A DNA stretch of 64,000 nt, taken from assembly GCA_002428995.1 (NCBI GenBank), contig DIYJ01000015.1:125144-189143 (forward strand). Reading direction: 5' to 3'. The DNA is from Flavobacteriales bacterium UBA6057. Lineage in GTDB: Bacteria > Bacteroidota > Bacteroidia > Flavobacteriales_G > Salibacteraceae. Positions 8,585 through 17,762 of this stretch are shown one piece after another (the stretch's first letter is position 1; every line of letters starts with the position of its first letter). Under the pieces are notes generated by a model, which searched no databases, had not been told where the DNA came from, and worked only from the letters and a program-made list of their open reading frames with translations. The translations under genes were made by a program, and so were the position numbers.

Positions 8585-11500
8585 TTGGGAATTGACGATC
8601 TAAAACGGAAGTTTGAAAAAAGCCCGCAAATCACTGAATTTGACTTTGGGCCAGACCTCGCTTTGCCTGTTCGCCACCGGCTCAAGGGAATTGCCGGCTC
8701 TGCGCTGAGTTTTATTGTTTCCGCTTTATTCAGGAAACACGATGTGCATCACCTGCTCCTTTTCAACGATCGGGAAGAGGCGGCTTACTTCTACAACGAC
8801 CTTCAAAACCTGATCAGCCCAAATCGTGTGTTTTTCCTTCCCCACAGTGGCAAGAAGCCTTACGCGTTTGAAGAGGAGGATGAGCATGTCTCAGCGCGCA
8901 AGACAGAGTCTGAGAGCGGGCTGATGAGAGCAGAGGTGCTGAACGCAATCAATACCCGCAAGCGGCACTTTGTAATGGTGAGCTACGCAGAGGCTTTGAG
9001 CGAGCGTGTAGTCACAAAGAAGAGCCTGGCCAAGAATACACTGAGTGTACAGGTAGATGATAAGCTGTCGCTGGACTTTGTCAACGAGATGCTTTTCGAG
9101 CTGGAATTTGAACGGGTTGATTTTGTGCACAAGCCCGGTCAGTTTGCCATTCGGGGAGGCATTGTGGACATCTGGAGCTTTTCCAACGATCGTCCCTTTC
9201 GCGTGGAGTTGTTTGGCGATGAAGTAGACAGCATCCGAACGTTCGATCCGGTTTCGCAGCTTTCTGTCAAAAACCATCAGCACATCAACATCATTCCTGA
9301 TGTTCAGAAACAGGCGATGAAAGAGGTAAGGCAGACCTTCATGGAGTTTCTGCCGCAAAACACGGTGGTTTGGCTGAAAAACTTTGAGCTTGTTCAGGAG
9401 AAGATCGCCAGCTCTTTTGAAGAAGCGCAAGAGGCCTTTGAGGGACTGAGCAAAGAAGTAGAACACGTGCCTGCCGAAGATCTTTACCTCACCGAGCAGG
9501 TATTCCTTGATCAGTTGGCAGGCTTTACCCAGGTGGAATTTGATCGGCCATCGATGATGAAGCCGGATGTGGAAGTGAGCTTTCATCAATCGCCACAGCC
9601 ATCCTTCAACAAGAATTTTGATCTCCTGATCCGGGACCTTACAAACCACCAGAACAACCAGTTTAGAAACATCCTGTTTGCTTCAAACCCGAAGCAGATC
9701 GAGCGGCTTCACCAGATTTTTGACGACATCTTCAAAAACAAGGAGATGAAGGAGATTCCCTTTGATTTTGAGGGAGTCAACACGGCCATTCACGAAGGTT
9801 TCATTGACCATGACCTGAAAATCGTTTGCTACACCGACCATCAGGTTTTTGAACGCTACCATCGCTACAAACTGAAGGAAGGTTTTGCAGATGCAGAGCG
9901 GCAGATCACCCTCAATGAGTTGACCAACCTCCAGCCCGGAGACTATGTGGTTCACATTGACCATGGGGTAGGTGAGTACAGCGGTATTCAGAAGATTGAT
10001 GTCAACGGGAAGATGCAGGAGGCGATTCGATTGATCTATTCGGGTGGTGATGTGCTCTATGTAAGCATTCATTCGCTGCACCGCATCTCGAAGTATGTGG
10101 GCAAGGAAGGTACACCACCGAAGATCAACAAGCTCGGATCACAGGCCTGGCAAAACCTGAAGAACAAGACCAAGAAGAAGGTCAAGGAAATTGCCTATGA
10201 CCTCATTAAGCTTTACGCAGAGCGCAAGCTGAAGGATGGTCACGCGTTTGAGCCGGATACCTATTTGCAGACGGAGCTGGAGTCATCCTTTATTTATGAG
10301 GATACCCCTGACCAGCAAAAAGCGACCAAGGATGTGAAGGCGGACATGGAAAAGACCTATCCGATGGATCGCCTTGTATGCGGTGATGTTGGTTTCGGGA
10401 AAACCGAAATCGCCATTCGCGCAGCTTTCAAAGCGGCCACCGATGGCAAGCAGGTAGCAGTTTTGGCGCCTACCACCATCCTGACCTCTCAGCATTATAA
10501 GACCTTCAGCAATCGATTGTCTGAATTTCCTGTGAAGGTCGATTACATCAATCGCTTTCGAACGGCTAAGCAGCAGAAGGAAACCTTGAAAGCTGTGGCC
10601 GAAGGCAAAGTCGATATCCTGATAGGAACTCACCGCCTGGTAAGCAAGGATGTGAAATTCAATGACCTCGGTCTGCTCATTATTGATGAAGAGCAGAAGT
10701 TTGGGGTAGGGGTGAAGGATAAGCTGAAGACCATGAAGGTGAACGTGGATACGCTCACACTGACGGCAACACCGATTCCCAGAACCTTGCAATTTTCATT
10801 GATGAGCGCGCGTGATTTGAGCATCATCAATACGCCACCACCCAATCGCTATCCTGTTCAGACGGAATTGCACACCTTCAATGAAGCCGTCATCAAGGAT
10901 GCGATCTATTCTGAGCTCAGCAGAAACGGTCAGGTATTTTTCATTCACAACCGCATTCAGAACATTGGCGAGGTGTGCGCGATGATCAATAAGATCGTGC
11001 CGCAGGCCAAGGTTCAGTTTGCGCACGGCCAGATGGATGGTAAGCAGCTCGAAGAGATCATGATGGGATTCATCGATGGTGAGTTTGATGTGCTCGTTTC
11101 TACCTCTATCGTAGAGAGTGGGCTGGACATACCGAATGCCAATACCATCATCATCAACCAGGCGCAAAACTTCGGATTGAGTGACCTTCATCAGATGCGC
11201 GGCCGGGTGGGACGTTCCAACCGAAAGGCATTTTGCTACCTGCTCTGCCCGCCTTTGTCATCCCTGACTACCGAGGCGCGGAAGCGTTTGCAGGCCATTG
11301 AGCAGTTCAGCGACCTGGGCAGTGGGTTCAATATTTCCATGCGCGACCTTGATATCCGGGGAGCCGGAAACCTACTCGGAGGTGAGCAAAGCGGCTTCAT
11401 TTCAGACATTGGCTACGAGACCTATCAGAAGATCCTCGAAGAGGCGATGGAAGAGCTCAAGGAGACAGAGTTCAGAGATCTGTTCAAAGAAGAACAGGGT

Positions 11501-11977
11501 AAGATGTACGTGAAGGAATGCCAGCTGGAAACGGACCTCGAACTGCTGATTCCTGACAACTACATCAACAACATAACGGAGCGGATGAGCGTCTACCGAA
11601 AGTTGGCCGATGTGAATGATGGTCATGCTCTGCTGAGCTTCCAGGAGGGTCTTGAGGATCGGTTTGGCCCTATTCCGGCAACTGTGGAGCGATTACTTCA
11701 ATCCAAGCGTTTGCAATGGGCTGGGCAGGACATCGGGCTGGAAAAAGTCGTGTTCAAGCAAAAGAAGCTCATCGGCTACTTCATCGGAGATAAGAACTCG
11801 CGCTACTTTGAGTCTCCCAAGTTCACCAAGGTGCTACAGTATGTTCAGGCGAATGTCAATCGCGTGCAGATTCGTGAACGCAAAGAGCGACTGTCAATGG
11901 TGTTTACCAACGTGAACTCGCTCGATAAGGCCATTCAGTTGCTGGAAGAGGTGATGGTATTGCCGGAAACCGCCTGA
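8585..11977 (+). CDS. mfd: Transcription-repair coupling factor Mfd
   Basis: 1130 aa. UvrB-homology N-terminus. DEAD/DEAH helicase motifs (GDVGFGKTEIAIRAA, LLIIDEEQKFGV, helicase C QMRGRVGRS). TRCF C-terminal domain. Apparent TTG start, with an in-frame TGA at 8579-8581. Confidence 0.93.
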   Translation: MGIDDLKRKFEKSPQITEFDFGPDLALPVRHRLKGIAGSALSFIVSALFRKHDVHHLLLFNDREEAAYFYNDLQNLISPNRVFFLPHSGKKPYAFEEEDEHVSARKTESESGLMRAEVLNAINTRKRHFVMVSYAEALSERVVTKKSLAKNTLSVQVDDKLSLDFVNEMLFELEFERVDFVHKPGQFAIRGGIVDIWSFSNDRPFRVELFGDEVDSIRTFDPVSQLSVKNHQHINIIPDVQKQAMKEVRQTFMEFLPQNTVVWLKNFELVQEKIASSFEEAQEAFEGLSKEVEHVPAEDLYLTEQVFLDQLAGFTQVEFDRPSMMKPDVEVSFHQSPQPSFNKNFDLLIRDLTNHQNNQFRNILFASNPKQIERLHQIFDDIFKNKEMKEIPFDFEGVNTAIHEGFIDHDLKIVCYTDHQVFERYHRYKLKEGFADAERQITLNELTNLQPGDYVVHIDHGVGEYSGIQKIDVNGKMQEAIRLIYSGGDVLYVSIHSLHRISKYVGKEGTPPKINKLGSQAWQNLKNKTKKKVKEIAYDLIKLYAERKLKDGHAFEPDTYLQTELESSFIYEDTPDQQKATKDVKADMEKTYPMDRLVCGDVGFGKTEIAIRAAFKAATDGKQVAVLAPTTILTSQHYKTFSNRLSEFPVKVDYINRFRTAKQQKETLKAVAEGKVDILIGTHRLVSKDVKFNDLGLLIIDEEQKFGVGVKDKLKTMKVNVDTLTLTATPIPRTLQFSLMSARDLSIINTPPPNRYPVQTELHTFNEAVIKDAIYSELSRNGQVFFIHNRIQNIGEVCAMINKIVPQAKVQFAHGQMDGKQLEEIMMGFIDGEFDVLVSTSIVESGLDIPNANTIIINQAQNFGLSDLHQMRGRVGRSNRKAFCYLLCPPLSSLTTEARKRLQAIEQFSDLGSGFNISMRDLDIRGAGNLLGGEQSGFISDIGYETYQKILEEAMEELKETEFRDLFKEEQGKMYVKECQLETDLELLIPDNYINNITERMSVYRKLADVNDGHALLSFQEGLEDRFGPIPATVERLLQSKRLQWAGQDIGLEKVVFKQKKLIGYFIGDKNSRYFESPKFTKVLQYVQANVNRVQIRERKERLSMVFTNVNSLDKAIQLLEEVMVLPETA

Positions 11978-12021
11978 TCTGGCAGAAGGCCCGCAGCTTC
12001 ATTGATACGCCCATGGCGAAC

Positions 12022-12489
12022 CTAGAAGGCGGTCATGATTTCAACGATGAAGAGGTAGCGCAGAAATTTCCCGAGCAGCATCCATATCCCGACTTTGAGG
12101 GGAGAGACTCTGAATACTCCAAGCGCAACGGCAACAACATCTCCGATAAAAGGCAGCCAACACAGGAAAGCCAGGTAAGCACCAAAACGCTCACTTCGTG
12201 TTTTCCATGCTGTCACCGCATCCTCGCTGACTCTGAGCCAGCGCGATAGTATGCGCCAGTTGGCTAAATACCCGATGTAGTAACTGGACATTCCTCCGGC
12301 TGTATTGCCCAAAGTGGCCACAGCAAGGCATATCCATGGATCGAATTCGGCTGTGAGCATGCCTGCGAGGATGGCTTCCGAACTGAAGGGGACAATGGTG
12401 GCTGCCAGAAATGTGGCAAGGAAGAGTCCCACGTATCCCAATTCAAGCCAAGGCATTTGCAAGGATGGGGAATGGAAGTGGAGTAGCAA
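12022..12489 (-). CDS. YqaA/DedA-like (VTT domain) small membrane protein
   Basis: 155 aa, 4 TM helices, G-rich motif NTAGGMSSYYIGY typical of YqaA family. Confidence 0.55.
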   Translation of the reverse strand: MLLHFHSPSLQMPWLELGYVGLFLATFLAATIVPFSSEAILAGMLTAEFDPWICLAVATLGNTAGGMSSYYIGYLANWRILSRWLRVSEDAVTAWKTRSERFGAYLAFLCWLPFIGDVVAVALGVFRVSPLKVGIWMLLGKFLRYLFIVEIMTAF

Positions 12490-12653
12490 TGGGTTTTTTG
12501 GTTTGCTCTTCCACCACTCCAGGCATATTCATGCCCGATTCAAGGGGCGGGTATGGAGCGAAGCCATTGCATGGTCACAAGGAAAGAATACGCGTTGGTG
12601 GAACAAGCTGTTTATGTTTGCACTCGGGTCAACATCCTGAAGAATTTCAAACC

Positions 12654-12824
12654 ATGCTGAAAAAGCTCCTCTTTGTTGTCAGTATAATCTCGCTGAGCAG
12701 TTGCGAAACAGAGGAGTGTGTGGACTGCGTAGACAATGCAGGGAATGTTTTTACGTTCTGTGATCCACCCGAGTCACCCATTGACTCTGTCTCTTGTGGA
12801 GACGTCTATACAAGTCGAAAATGA
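12654..12824 (+). CDS. Small Cys-rich lipoprotein (56 aa), hypothetical
   Basis: Internal ATG at 12654 gives MLKKLLFVVSIISLSSC (lipobox). Six Cys in the 39-aa mature part. Its TGA overlaps the ATG of the next gene (ATGA at 12821-12824). Confidence 0.45.
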   Translation: MLKKLLFVVSIISLSSCETEECVDCVDNAGNVFTFCDPPESPIDSVSCGDVYTSRK

Positions 12825-13309
12825 AGAACATTCTCATTGCTTCCCTAAGTCTGCTCACCTTGTTGAGCTGTGAGCGCGTGGTTGATGTTCAGGACCCTGT
12901 GCCGGAAGAGGTGGTCTATTGCTTTGCTGATGAGGTGCTTATCGGTGATTGGCGCACAGACTCAGTTTGGATCATCACGGAAGTTGATACGCTGGACTCG
13001 TTGATTGAAAACAGGCAGCCGGGTTTTTTCTACGATCTATCCGTCAATTGCGGAGATCAGAAAGAGCTTTTGCTGACTTACACTGGTTTTCACAACCTCA
13101 CAACCGTTGACGTTCGCTCTACGAACTATGAATCTTCTGACAGCACGCTATTTGCTTATGATCAGTTCGAAGATCAACAGGATACCTCCAAGGCAAGCTT
13201 TCGAATGCCATTCACCATCGTGAACGATACGCTGATGAACTGCACCCTGAAGCAGGACCTCGGCAACGGTCAGCTAAGCACCTACTTCCTCTTCTTTAAG
13301 TCGATCTGA
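12821..13309 (+). CDS. Lipoprotein, hypothetical
   Basis: MKNILIASLSLLTLLSC lipobox. The ORF-track start at 12794 is a TTG upstream of this ATG. Confidence 0.55.
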   Translation: MKNILIASLSLLTLLSCERVVDVQDPVPEEVVYCFADEVLIGDWRTDSVWIITEVDTLDSLIENRQPGFFYDLSVNCGDQKELLLTYTGFHNLTTVDVRSTNYESSDSTLFAYDQFEDQQDTSKASFRMPFTIVNDTLMNCTLKQDLGNGQLSTYFLFFKSI

Positions 13310-13323
13310 TTCTCTCTTCGATG

Positions 13324-13716
13324 CTAACGCACTCGCTCAGTAGGTCTGTAGCGATAGGCAAACCATTTTGGATGTACTTTAACCTGAGTCACCGGACGCA
13401 TGTCGTGTACGCGTACAGCCGAGTGCAATTCCTGAGCAGTCAGGTTTTCCTGGGCCCTGGGTATGATGATCCAGAAAATGGCATCAAAGTCACTGCCATT
13501 CACCGCGTTTTCGATCTTGGCATCCAAGTCTGTCTTATCAAGGGCAAAAAGAAGAGTGCATTTTGATTTTTCGTCTGTGGGTAGTTGTGTTTCAAATCCA
13601 CCAGATTTCAATTCTTCTTCGATCTCCTCAGGGGCACTGAGGACAATACCCGGTTCCTTGAGCCGGAGCCGGATCAATACCTTTTTTACTTCCATTTGAA
13701 CTACTGCTTTGCTCAC
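13324..13716 (-). CDS. Hypothetical cytoplasmic protein (130 aa)
   Basis: Intact ORF with no recognisable motifs. A Bacteroidota-like -7 element TATGTTTG lies 21 nt upstream of the ATG. Confidence 0.45.
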   Translation of the reverse strand: MSKAVVQMEVKKVLIRLRLKEPGIVLSAPEEIEEELKSGGFETQLPTDEKSKCTLLFALDKTDLDAKIENAVNGSDFDAIFWIIIPRAQENLTAQELHSAVRVHDMRPVTQVKVHPKWFAYRYRPTERVR

Positions 13717-14028
13717 GAATTTGGGGCAAAATCTTTAGACTTTTGGTCTAATAGCCTCAAAGACAGTAGTGTTAGTAGTTCAAAAAATGACGGTCAGAGA
13801 ACTGCTGTAATAGGTTGTAGCCGAGAGATTTAGAGGCATGCAAAGCGACTCACGTTAGTTTGTATTTTTTTACTCAAACTAACTGCTTTGCCAATGCTTA
13901 AAGCGCTACTGGTGGAACAGAAAAAAGTATGGTCTGAATCGACCATAACATGCAGCCTCATAAGGATGCATTTCGGTTTTGATAAGTTGTATCAGGGTTT
14001 CTTTCCGGAGAATCTGGCAAAGCGATGT

Positions 14029-14613
14029 TTACCAGTCAATCTCGAACGATCCACCATTGAGAATGGCCGTTTCAGCCGGATCACCTTCGTTGATAAGATC
14101 CATGGGTGGCAGATCTGCAGTTAGTTTTCCGTTCGCGATGGTAAAATTGAGGTTTTCTCCTTTTGGACTCAGGAAGTTCTTGGACTCTAACGGATGCCCG
14201 GTGTTTATAAAGAAGCTGGTGTAGAAGTTCACCGAATCTGTCCCCATTGCCGGGAAGCGAGAGCTGCTAAAAGGAGCTGAGCCGCTTTGAGTCGGTTTGT
14301 CCTTGAAGGTCATGACGATTGCCAGGGTGCTTTCTGTGTTCCCGTCATTTCCCGTTTGATCCAACTGAGCTGCCGAACTGAAATTGACCTGATAACGATA
14401 AGCATTGGCATCGGGAGCGACAGAGTTGGCCGACATATAGAACGAATCTCCTTCGATGACTACATAGGTGGATGGGAGATCTGTGGGTTCCTCCGTTGGT
14501 GTGGTGCCAGGATTCGTGGTGTCATCATTGGTGTCGTCATCGTCTTTGTTGCACGCTGAAAAGGTGGTGAGCGCTGCAATGGCCAGGATCAGGTATCGGT
14601 TCATATCTCTCAA
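14029..14613 (-). CDS. Lipoprotein, hypothetical (Asp/Thr-rich linker)
   Basis: Signal and lipobox (LILAIAALTTFSAC), followed by NKDDDDTNDDTTNPGTTPTEEPTD linker. Confidence 0.6.
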   Translation of the reverse strand: MRDMNRYLILAIAALTTFSACNKDDDDTNDDTTNPGTTPTEEPTDLPSTYVVIEGDSFYMSANSVAPDANAYRYQVNFSSAAQLDQTGNDGNTESTLAIVMTFKDKPTQSGSAPFSSSRFPAMGTDSVNFYTSFFINTGHPLESKNFLSPKGENLNFTIANGKLTADLPPMDLINEGDPAETAILNGGSFEIDW

Positions 14614-14698
14614 TTTAAAGCGAAGCTATTCGCTTCGCTTCTGGCGTTGAATAAGGCATTTGACGTATTCTTGCTTCCCTCATCTGGTGTGTCACAAA

Positions 14699-14722
14699 CA
14701 AAAAAGGGGGCCGAAGCCCCCT
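14699..14722 (-). terminator. Rho-independent terminator for the Cys-rich paralog A gene
   Basis: GGGGGCCGAAGCCCCC hairpin with a T-run on the minus strand. Confidence 0.65.
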
Positions 14723-14746
14723 TGAGAAATGATATGCGATGATGCA

Positions 14747-15151
14747 TTATAAGATGTACACCACGTTTGGCGCTACAGAGAAATCTGCTACGAAAGGCCC
14801 GCAAATGCAGTGCGTTCCTCCCGCAACTGCCGGGAATGGGCAAAATCCTCCGGGTGGGCTCACACCGGTGCTTGGTCCGGGACATGGAGCTGTACAGGTG
14901 TTGTTTGCGGGCACTACGCGAGCTACATCCCAAACCCAGGTGCCAGGACCGCAGGGAGGAATAATAGTAGCGACACCCGGCAAACAGCATACAGGGCCGG
15001 ATACACATGTAAGACCGCAGCCACCGGGAGAGGCATAGCCATAAACCCAGAAGGCACAGTTAGTTCCGTTCTTCACCGTAAGGGGAACGGCTTGGGCATA
15101 CATCGCAGCGGTAATGAACAATGCAGCGCAAAGTAGAAGTAGTTTTTTCAT
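14747..15151 (-). CDS. Small secreted Cys/Pro-rich protein, paralog A (134 aa)
   Basis: Signal peptide MKKLLLLCAALFITAAMYAQA. 13 Cys. Clear homology to the 17763..18158 product (…IPPCGP.TW.W…CT..CP…SP.G…P.VAGG.HC.CG…ADF.V.P). Confidence 0.7.
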   Translation of the reverse strand: MKKLLLLCAALFITAAMYAQAVPLTVKNGTNCAFWVYGYASPGGCGLTCVSGPVCCLPGVATIIPPCGPGTWVWDVARVVPANNTCTAPCPGPSTGVSPPGGFCPFPAVAGGTHCICGPFVADFSVAPNVVYIL

Positions 15152-15215
15152 AGTGTGTTAGATTTAGTTTCTACCAAACTATGAACATGCGAAAATATAT
15201 CCAAGAAAAAACTTG

Positions 15216-15228
15216 ATTATTTGCGTTT
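15216..15228. promoter_or_regulatory. Shared 13-mer ATTATTTGCGTTT upstream of paralog A; its reverse complement is also present upstream of paralog B
   Basis: Exact 13/13 match to rc(18216-18228). Both copies lie about 58-77 nt upstream of their start codons. Confidence 0.4.
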
Positions 15229-15282
15229 GTTCATCTATAGATAGTAAACGCTTCGGAGCAGAAGAGCGCCTTCACCACGAAA

Positions 15283-15318
15283 CAAAAAAGGGCGACTCTC
15301 CTGAAGAGTCGCCCTTTT
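15283..15318 (-). terminator. Rho-independent terminator downstream of ALDH7-like gene
   Basis: GGGCGACTCTCCTGAAGAGTCGCCC hairpin with T-run on the minus strand. Confidence 0.65.
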
Positions 15319-15343
15319 GATATCAAAGGATTGAAGGTCTGGT

Positions 15344-16891
15344 TTAGAAATCGAACTTGATTCCTTGTGCCAGTGGAAGCTCAGTGCTCCAGTTGATGGT
15401 GTTGGTTTGACGTCTCATGTACGCCTTCCAGGCATCAGAACCGCTTTCGCGGCCGCCACCAGTTTCCTTTTCTCCACCGAAAGCTCCACCAATCTCCGCA
15501 CCGCTCGTACCGATGTTCACGTTGGCAATTCCACAGTCGCTGCCTCGATGGCTCAGGAAGGTTTCTCCCTCACGCATGTTGGTACTCATCAATGCAGAAC
15601 TCAAGCCTTGCTTCACACCGTTTTGCATGTTCAGCGCTTCCTCAAACGTGTCGTACTTCATCAAGTACAGGATGGGAGCAAAAGTCTCTTCCTGAACGAT
15701 TTCCCATGAGTTGTCAGCTTCCGCGATGGCTGGCTTCACGTAGCAACCGCTTTCGTAACCACTGCCTTCCAATACTCCGCCTTCTACTACAATGTTTCCA
15801 CCCTTCGAGCGAATAGCGTCAATCGCTTCGTTGTACATTCTTACGGCATCCGTATCGATCAATGGTCCAACGTGATTGTTAGCGTCCAATGGATCTCCGA
15901 TGCGGAGTTGCTCGTAAGCACTCGCAAGCGTGTTCTTGACCTCATCGTAAATCGAAGAATGAATGATCAGTCTTCGGGTAGAAGTGCAGCGCTGGCCGCA
16001 GGTTCCCACCGCTCCGAAAACAATACCCGGAATGGCGAGCTTCAGGTCGGCATGCTCACTTATGATGATCGCGTTGTTTCCGCCCAATTCAAGAATGGTC
16101 TTGCCCAATCTTCGCCCTACAGCTTCGCCTACTTTTTTACCCATGCGGATGGATCCCGTAGCTGAAACCAGAGGTACACGCGTATCGTTGGTCATCAACT
16201 CACCTACTTTGTAATCACCAACCACGAGCCCTGAAACACCTTCAGGTACTTCGTTGCGCTCAAATACTTCAGCAATGATCTTCTGACAAGCCACAGCACA
16301 CAACGGCACTTTTTCAGAAGGCTTCCAGATGCAAACATCACCACACACCCATGCGAGTGCACTGTTCCATGCCCAAACGGCTACCGGAAAGTTGAATGCG
16401 GAGATGATCCCAACAATTCCCAGCGGGTGATACTGCTCATACATGCGGTGCATGGGGCGCTCGCTGTGCATGGTAAGGCCATGAAGCTGACGAGAAAGAC
16501 CCACGGCAAAATCGCAGATGTCAATCATTTCCTGTACTTCACCCAAGCCTTCTTGCAGACTCTTTCCCATCTCATAGCTCACTAGCTTTCCAAGGGCGTC
16601 TTTTTTCTCGCGAAGCGCCTCACCGAACTGGCGAACTACTTCACCTCTTCGCGGTGCCGGCCACATGCGCCATGCTTCAAAGGCTTCCTGGGCCTTCTTC
16701 ACTGTCGCTTCATATTCTTCTGCAGAGCTTCCTTTTACACTGCCAATCTTCTTTCCATCTACAGGAGAAAAGGATTCAAACACTTCTCCGTTTGAGGCCG
16801 ACCACTGTGATCCTGTGGAGGTGCCTTCGTTCATTGCTTCAATGCCCAGTTCTTTCAAAAAATCTTCCATCATTCGATTTTGGTGGTGCAA
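15344..16891 (-). CDS. Aldehyde dehydrogenase, ALDH7 (alpha-aminoadipic/piperideine-6-carboxylate semialdehyde dehydrogenase)-like
   Basis: 515 aa. ALDH catalytic Cys (FGAVGTCGQRCTS) and Glu (LELGGNNAIII). The N-terminal region resembles the ALDH7/antiquitin family. Confidence 0.85.
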   Translation of the reverse strand: MHHQNRMMEDFLKELGIEAMNEGTSTGSQWSASNGEVFESFSPVDGKKIGSVKGSSAEEYEATVKKAQEAFEAWRMWPAPRRGEVVRQFGEALREKKDALGKLVSYEMGKSLQEGLGEVQEMIDICDFAVGLSRQLHGLTMHSERPMHRMYEQYHPLGIVGIISAFNFPVAVWAWNSALAWVCGDVCIWKPSEKVPLCAVACQKIIAEVFERNEVPEGVSGLVVGDYKVGELMTNDTRVPLVSATGSIRMGKKVGEAVGRRLGKTILELGGNNAIIISEHADLKLAIPGIVFGAVGTCGQRCTSTRRLIIHSSIYDEVKNTLASAYEQLRIGDPLDANNHVGPLIDTDAVRMYNEAIDAIRSKGGNIVVEGGVLEGSGYESGCYVKPAIAEADNSWEIVQEETFAPILYLMKYDTFEEALNMQNGVKQGLSSALMSTNMREGETFLSHRGSDCGIANVNIGTSGAEIGGAFGGEKETGGGRESGSDAWKAYMRRQTNTINWSTELPLAQGIKFDF

Positions 16892-16919
16892 AAGTAGGCA
16901 GCTTTTTCAGGCTTTTTCG

Positions 16920-17582
16920 CTAAAAAGATGCTTCAGTTGAGAGCAAGTATTGATTTAGGATTTCACTGATCTCGGCCGCTCTGCTCGAAACCATGAAATG
17001 GGGGCCGTTGGGAACGAGGTAATCGGCTTTTACGTAGCGGTGCGGGAAAATCTTGTCGTTCGTTCCGTGAATATGTCGGATGCCTGGAATGACCGTCCTG
17101 TTTTTCCAATTCAGCAGCTGATCAATGCTCCAGCGAAAGACTTCTGGATGTCCGCTGTTCAGGATTTCTCTGACACGCAAGCGCTGCTCTTTGGTCCGCG
17201 CACCAAAAGCATAGTAGATGGCTGGATAGTCCCGCATGATCAATTTGATGGGTGCGATGCGGTGGAGTCGGCTCCAACCAATCGCGCGGAAAAGGGCGGG
17301 CATTTCATCCACGGTTTTGACGGAACTGATCAGAACGGTCTTGTGAATGGGTGCAAGTTTGTTGATCTCAATGCTCATAATGCCACCAAAGGAGAGTCCC
17401 ACGAGCGCGGACTGTTCAGGATACTGAATGCCATCGAGCATGCGCTGTGCATAATGCTCCGTGCTTTCTTTGGGTTCAGGAATTAACCAGGGAAGATGGA
17501 TGAATTCGATCTCAGGATGGAGTTGAAGACGATCGAAGACACTGGCGCCCGTTCCGAGGCCGCTGATGAAATAGGTTTTCAC
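16920..17582 (-). CDS. Alpha/beta hydrolase fold protein
   Basis: 220 aa. Nucleophile elbow GLSFGG. Confidence 0.7.
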   Translation of the reverse strand: MKTYFISGLGTGASVFDRLQLHPEIEFIHLPWLIPEPKESTEHYAQRMLDGIQYPEQSALVGLSFGGIMSIEINKLAPIHKTVLISSVKTVDEMPALFRAIGWSRLHRIAPIKLIMRDYPAIYYAFGARTKEQRLRVREILNSGHPEVFRWSIDQLLNWKNRTVIPGIRHIHGTNDKIFPHRYVKADYLVPNGPHFMVSSRAAEISEILNQYLLSTEASF

Positions 17583-17608
17583 AGGGCCAAATTAAGGTGT
17601 AGATGATG

Positions 17609-17685
17609 GAAAAAAGTTCGGCTTTGCCCGATGATAACCGACACCACTTGACTAAAAATGTCGGGTCACTCGAACAAAGCCGAAA
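17609..17685 (-). terminator. Long compound stem-loop plus T6 (terminator / structured 3' UTR of paralog B)
   Basis: Outer 11-bp stem GTTCGGCTTTG / CAAAGCCGAAAC encloses inner CCCGA/TCGGG pairings. T6 follows on the minus strand. Confidence 0.5.
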
Positions 17686-17762
17686 CGGGCAGTGAGAATC
17701 TTTGACGAGGGGATAGAAGATTGCGGGCGTTACAGATCCATCCTCATGTCTTGAAACTCACG

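Noticed and set aside
12305-12653. + strand ORFs overlapping the YqaA gene and the upstream part of ORF 12411..12824
   Set aside because: Antisense to a good membrane-protein gene. Only the distal lipobox-bearing part (12654..12824) looks coding.
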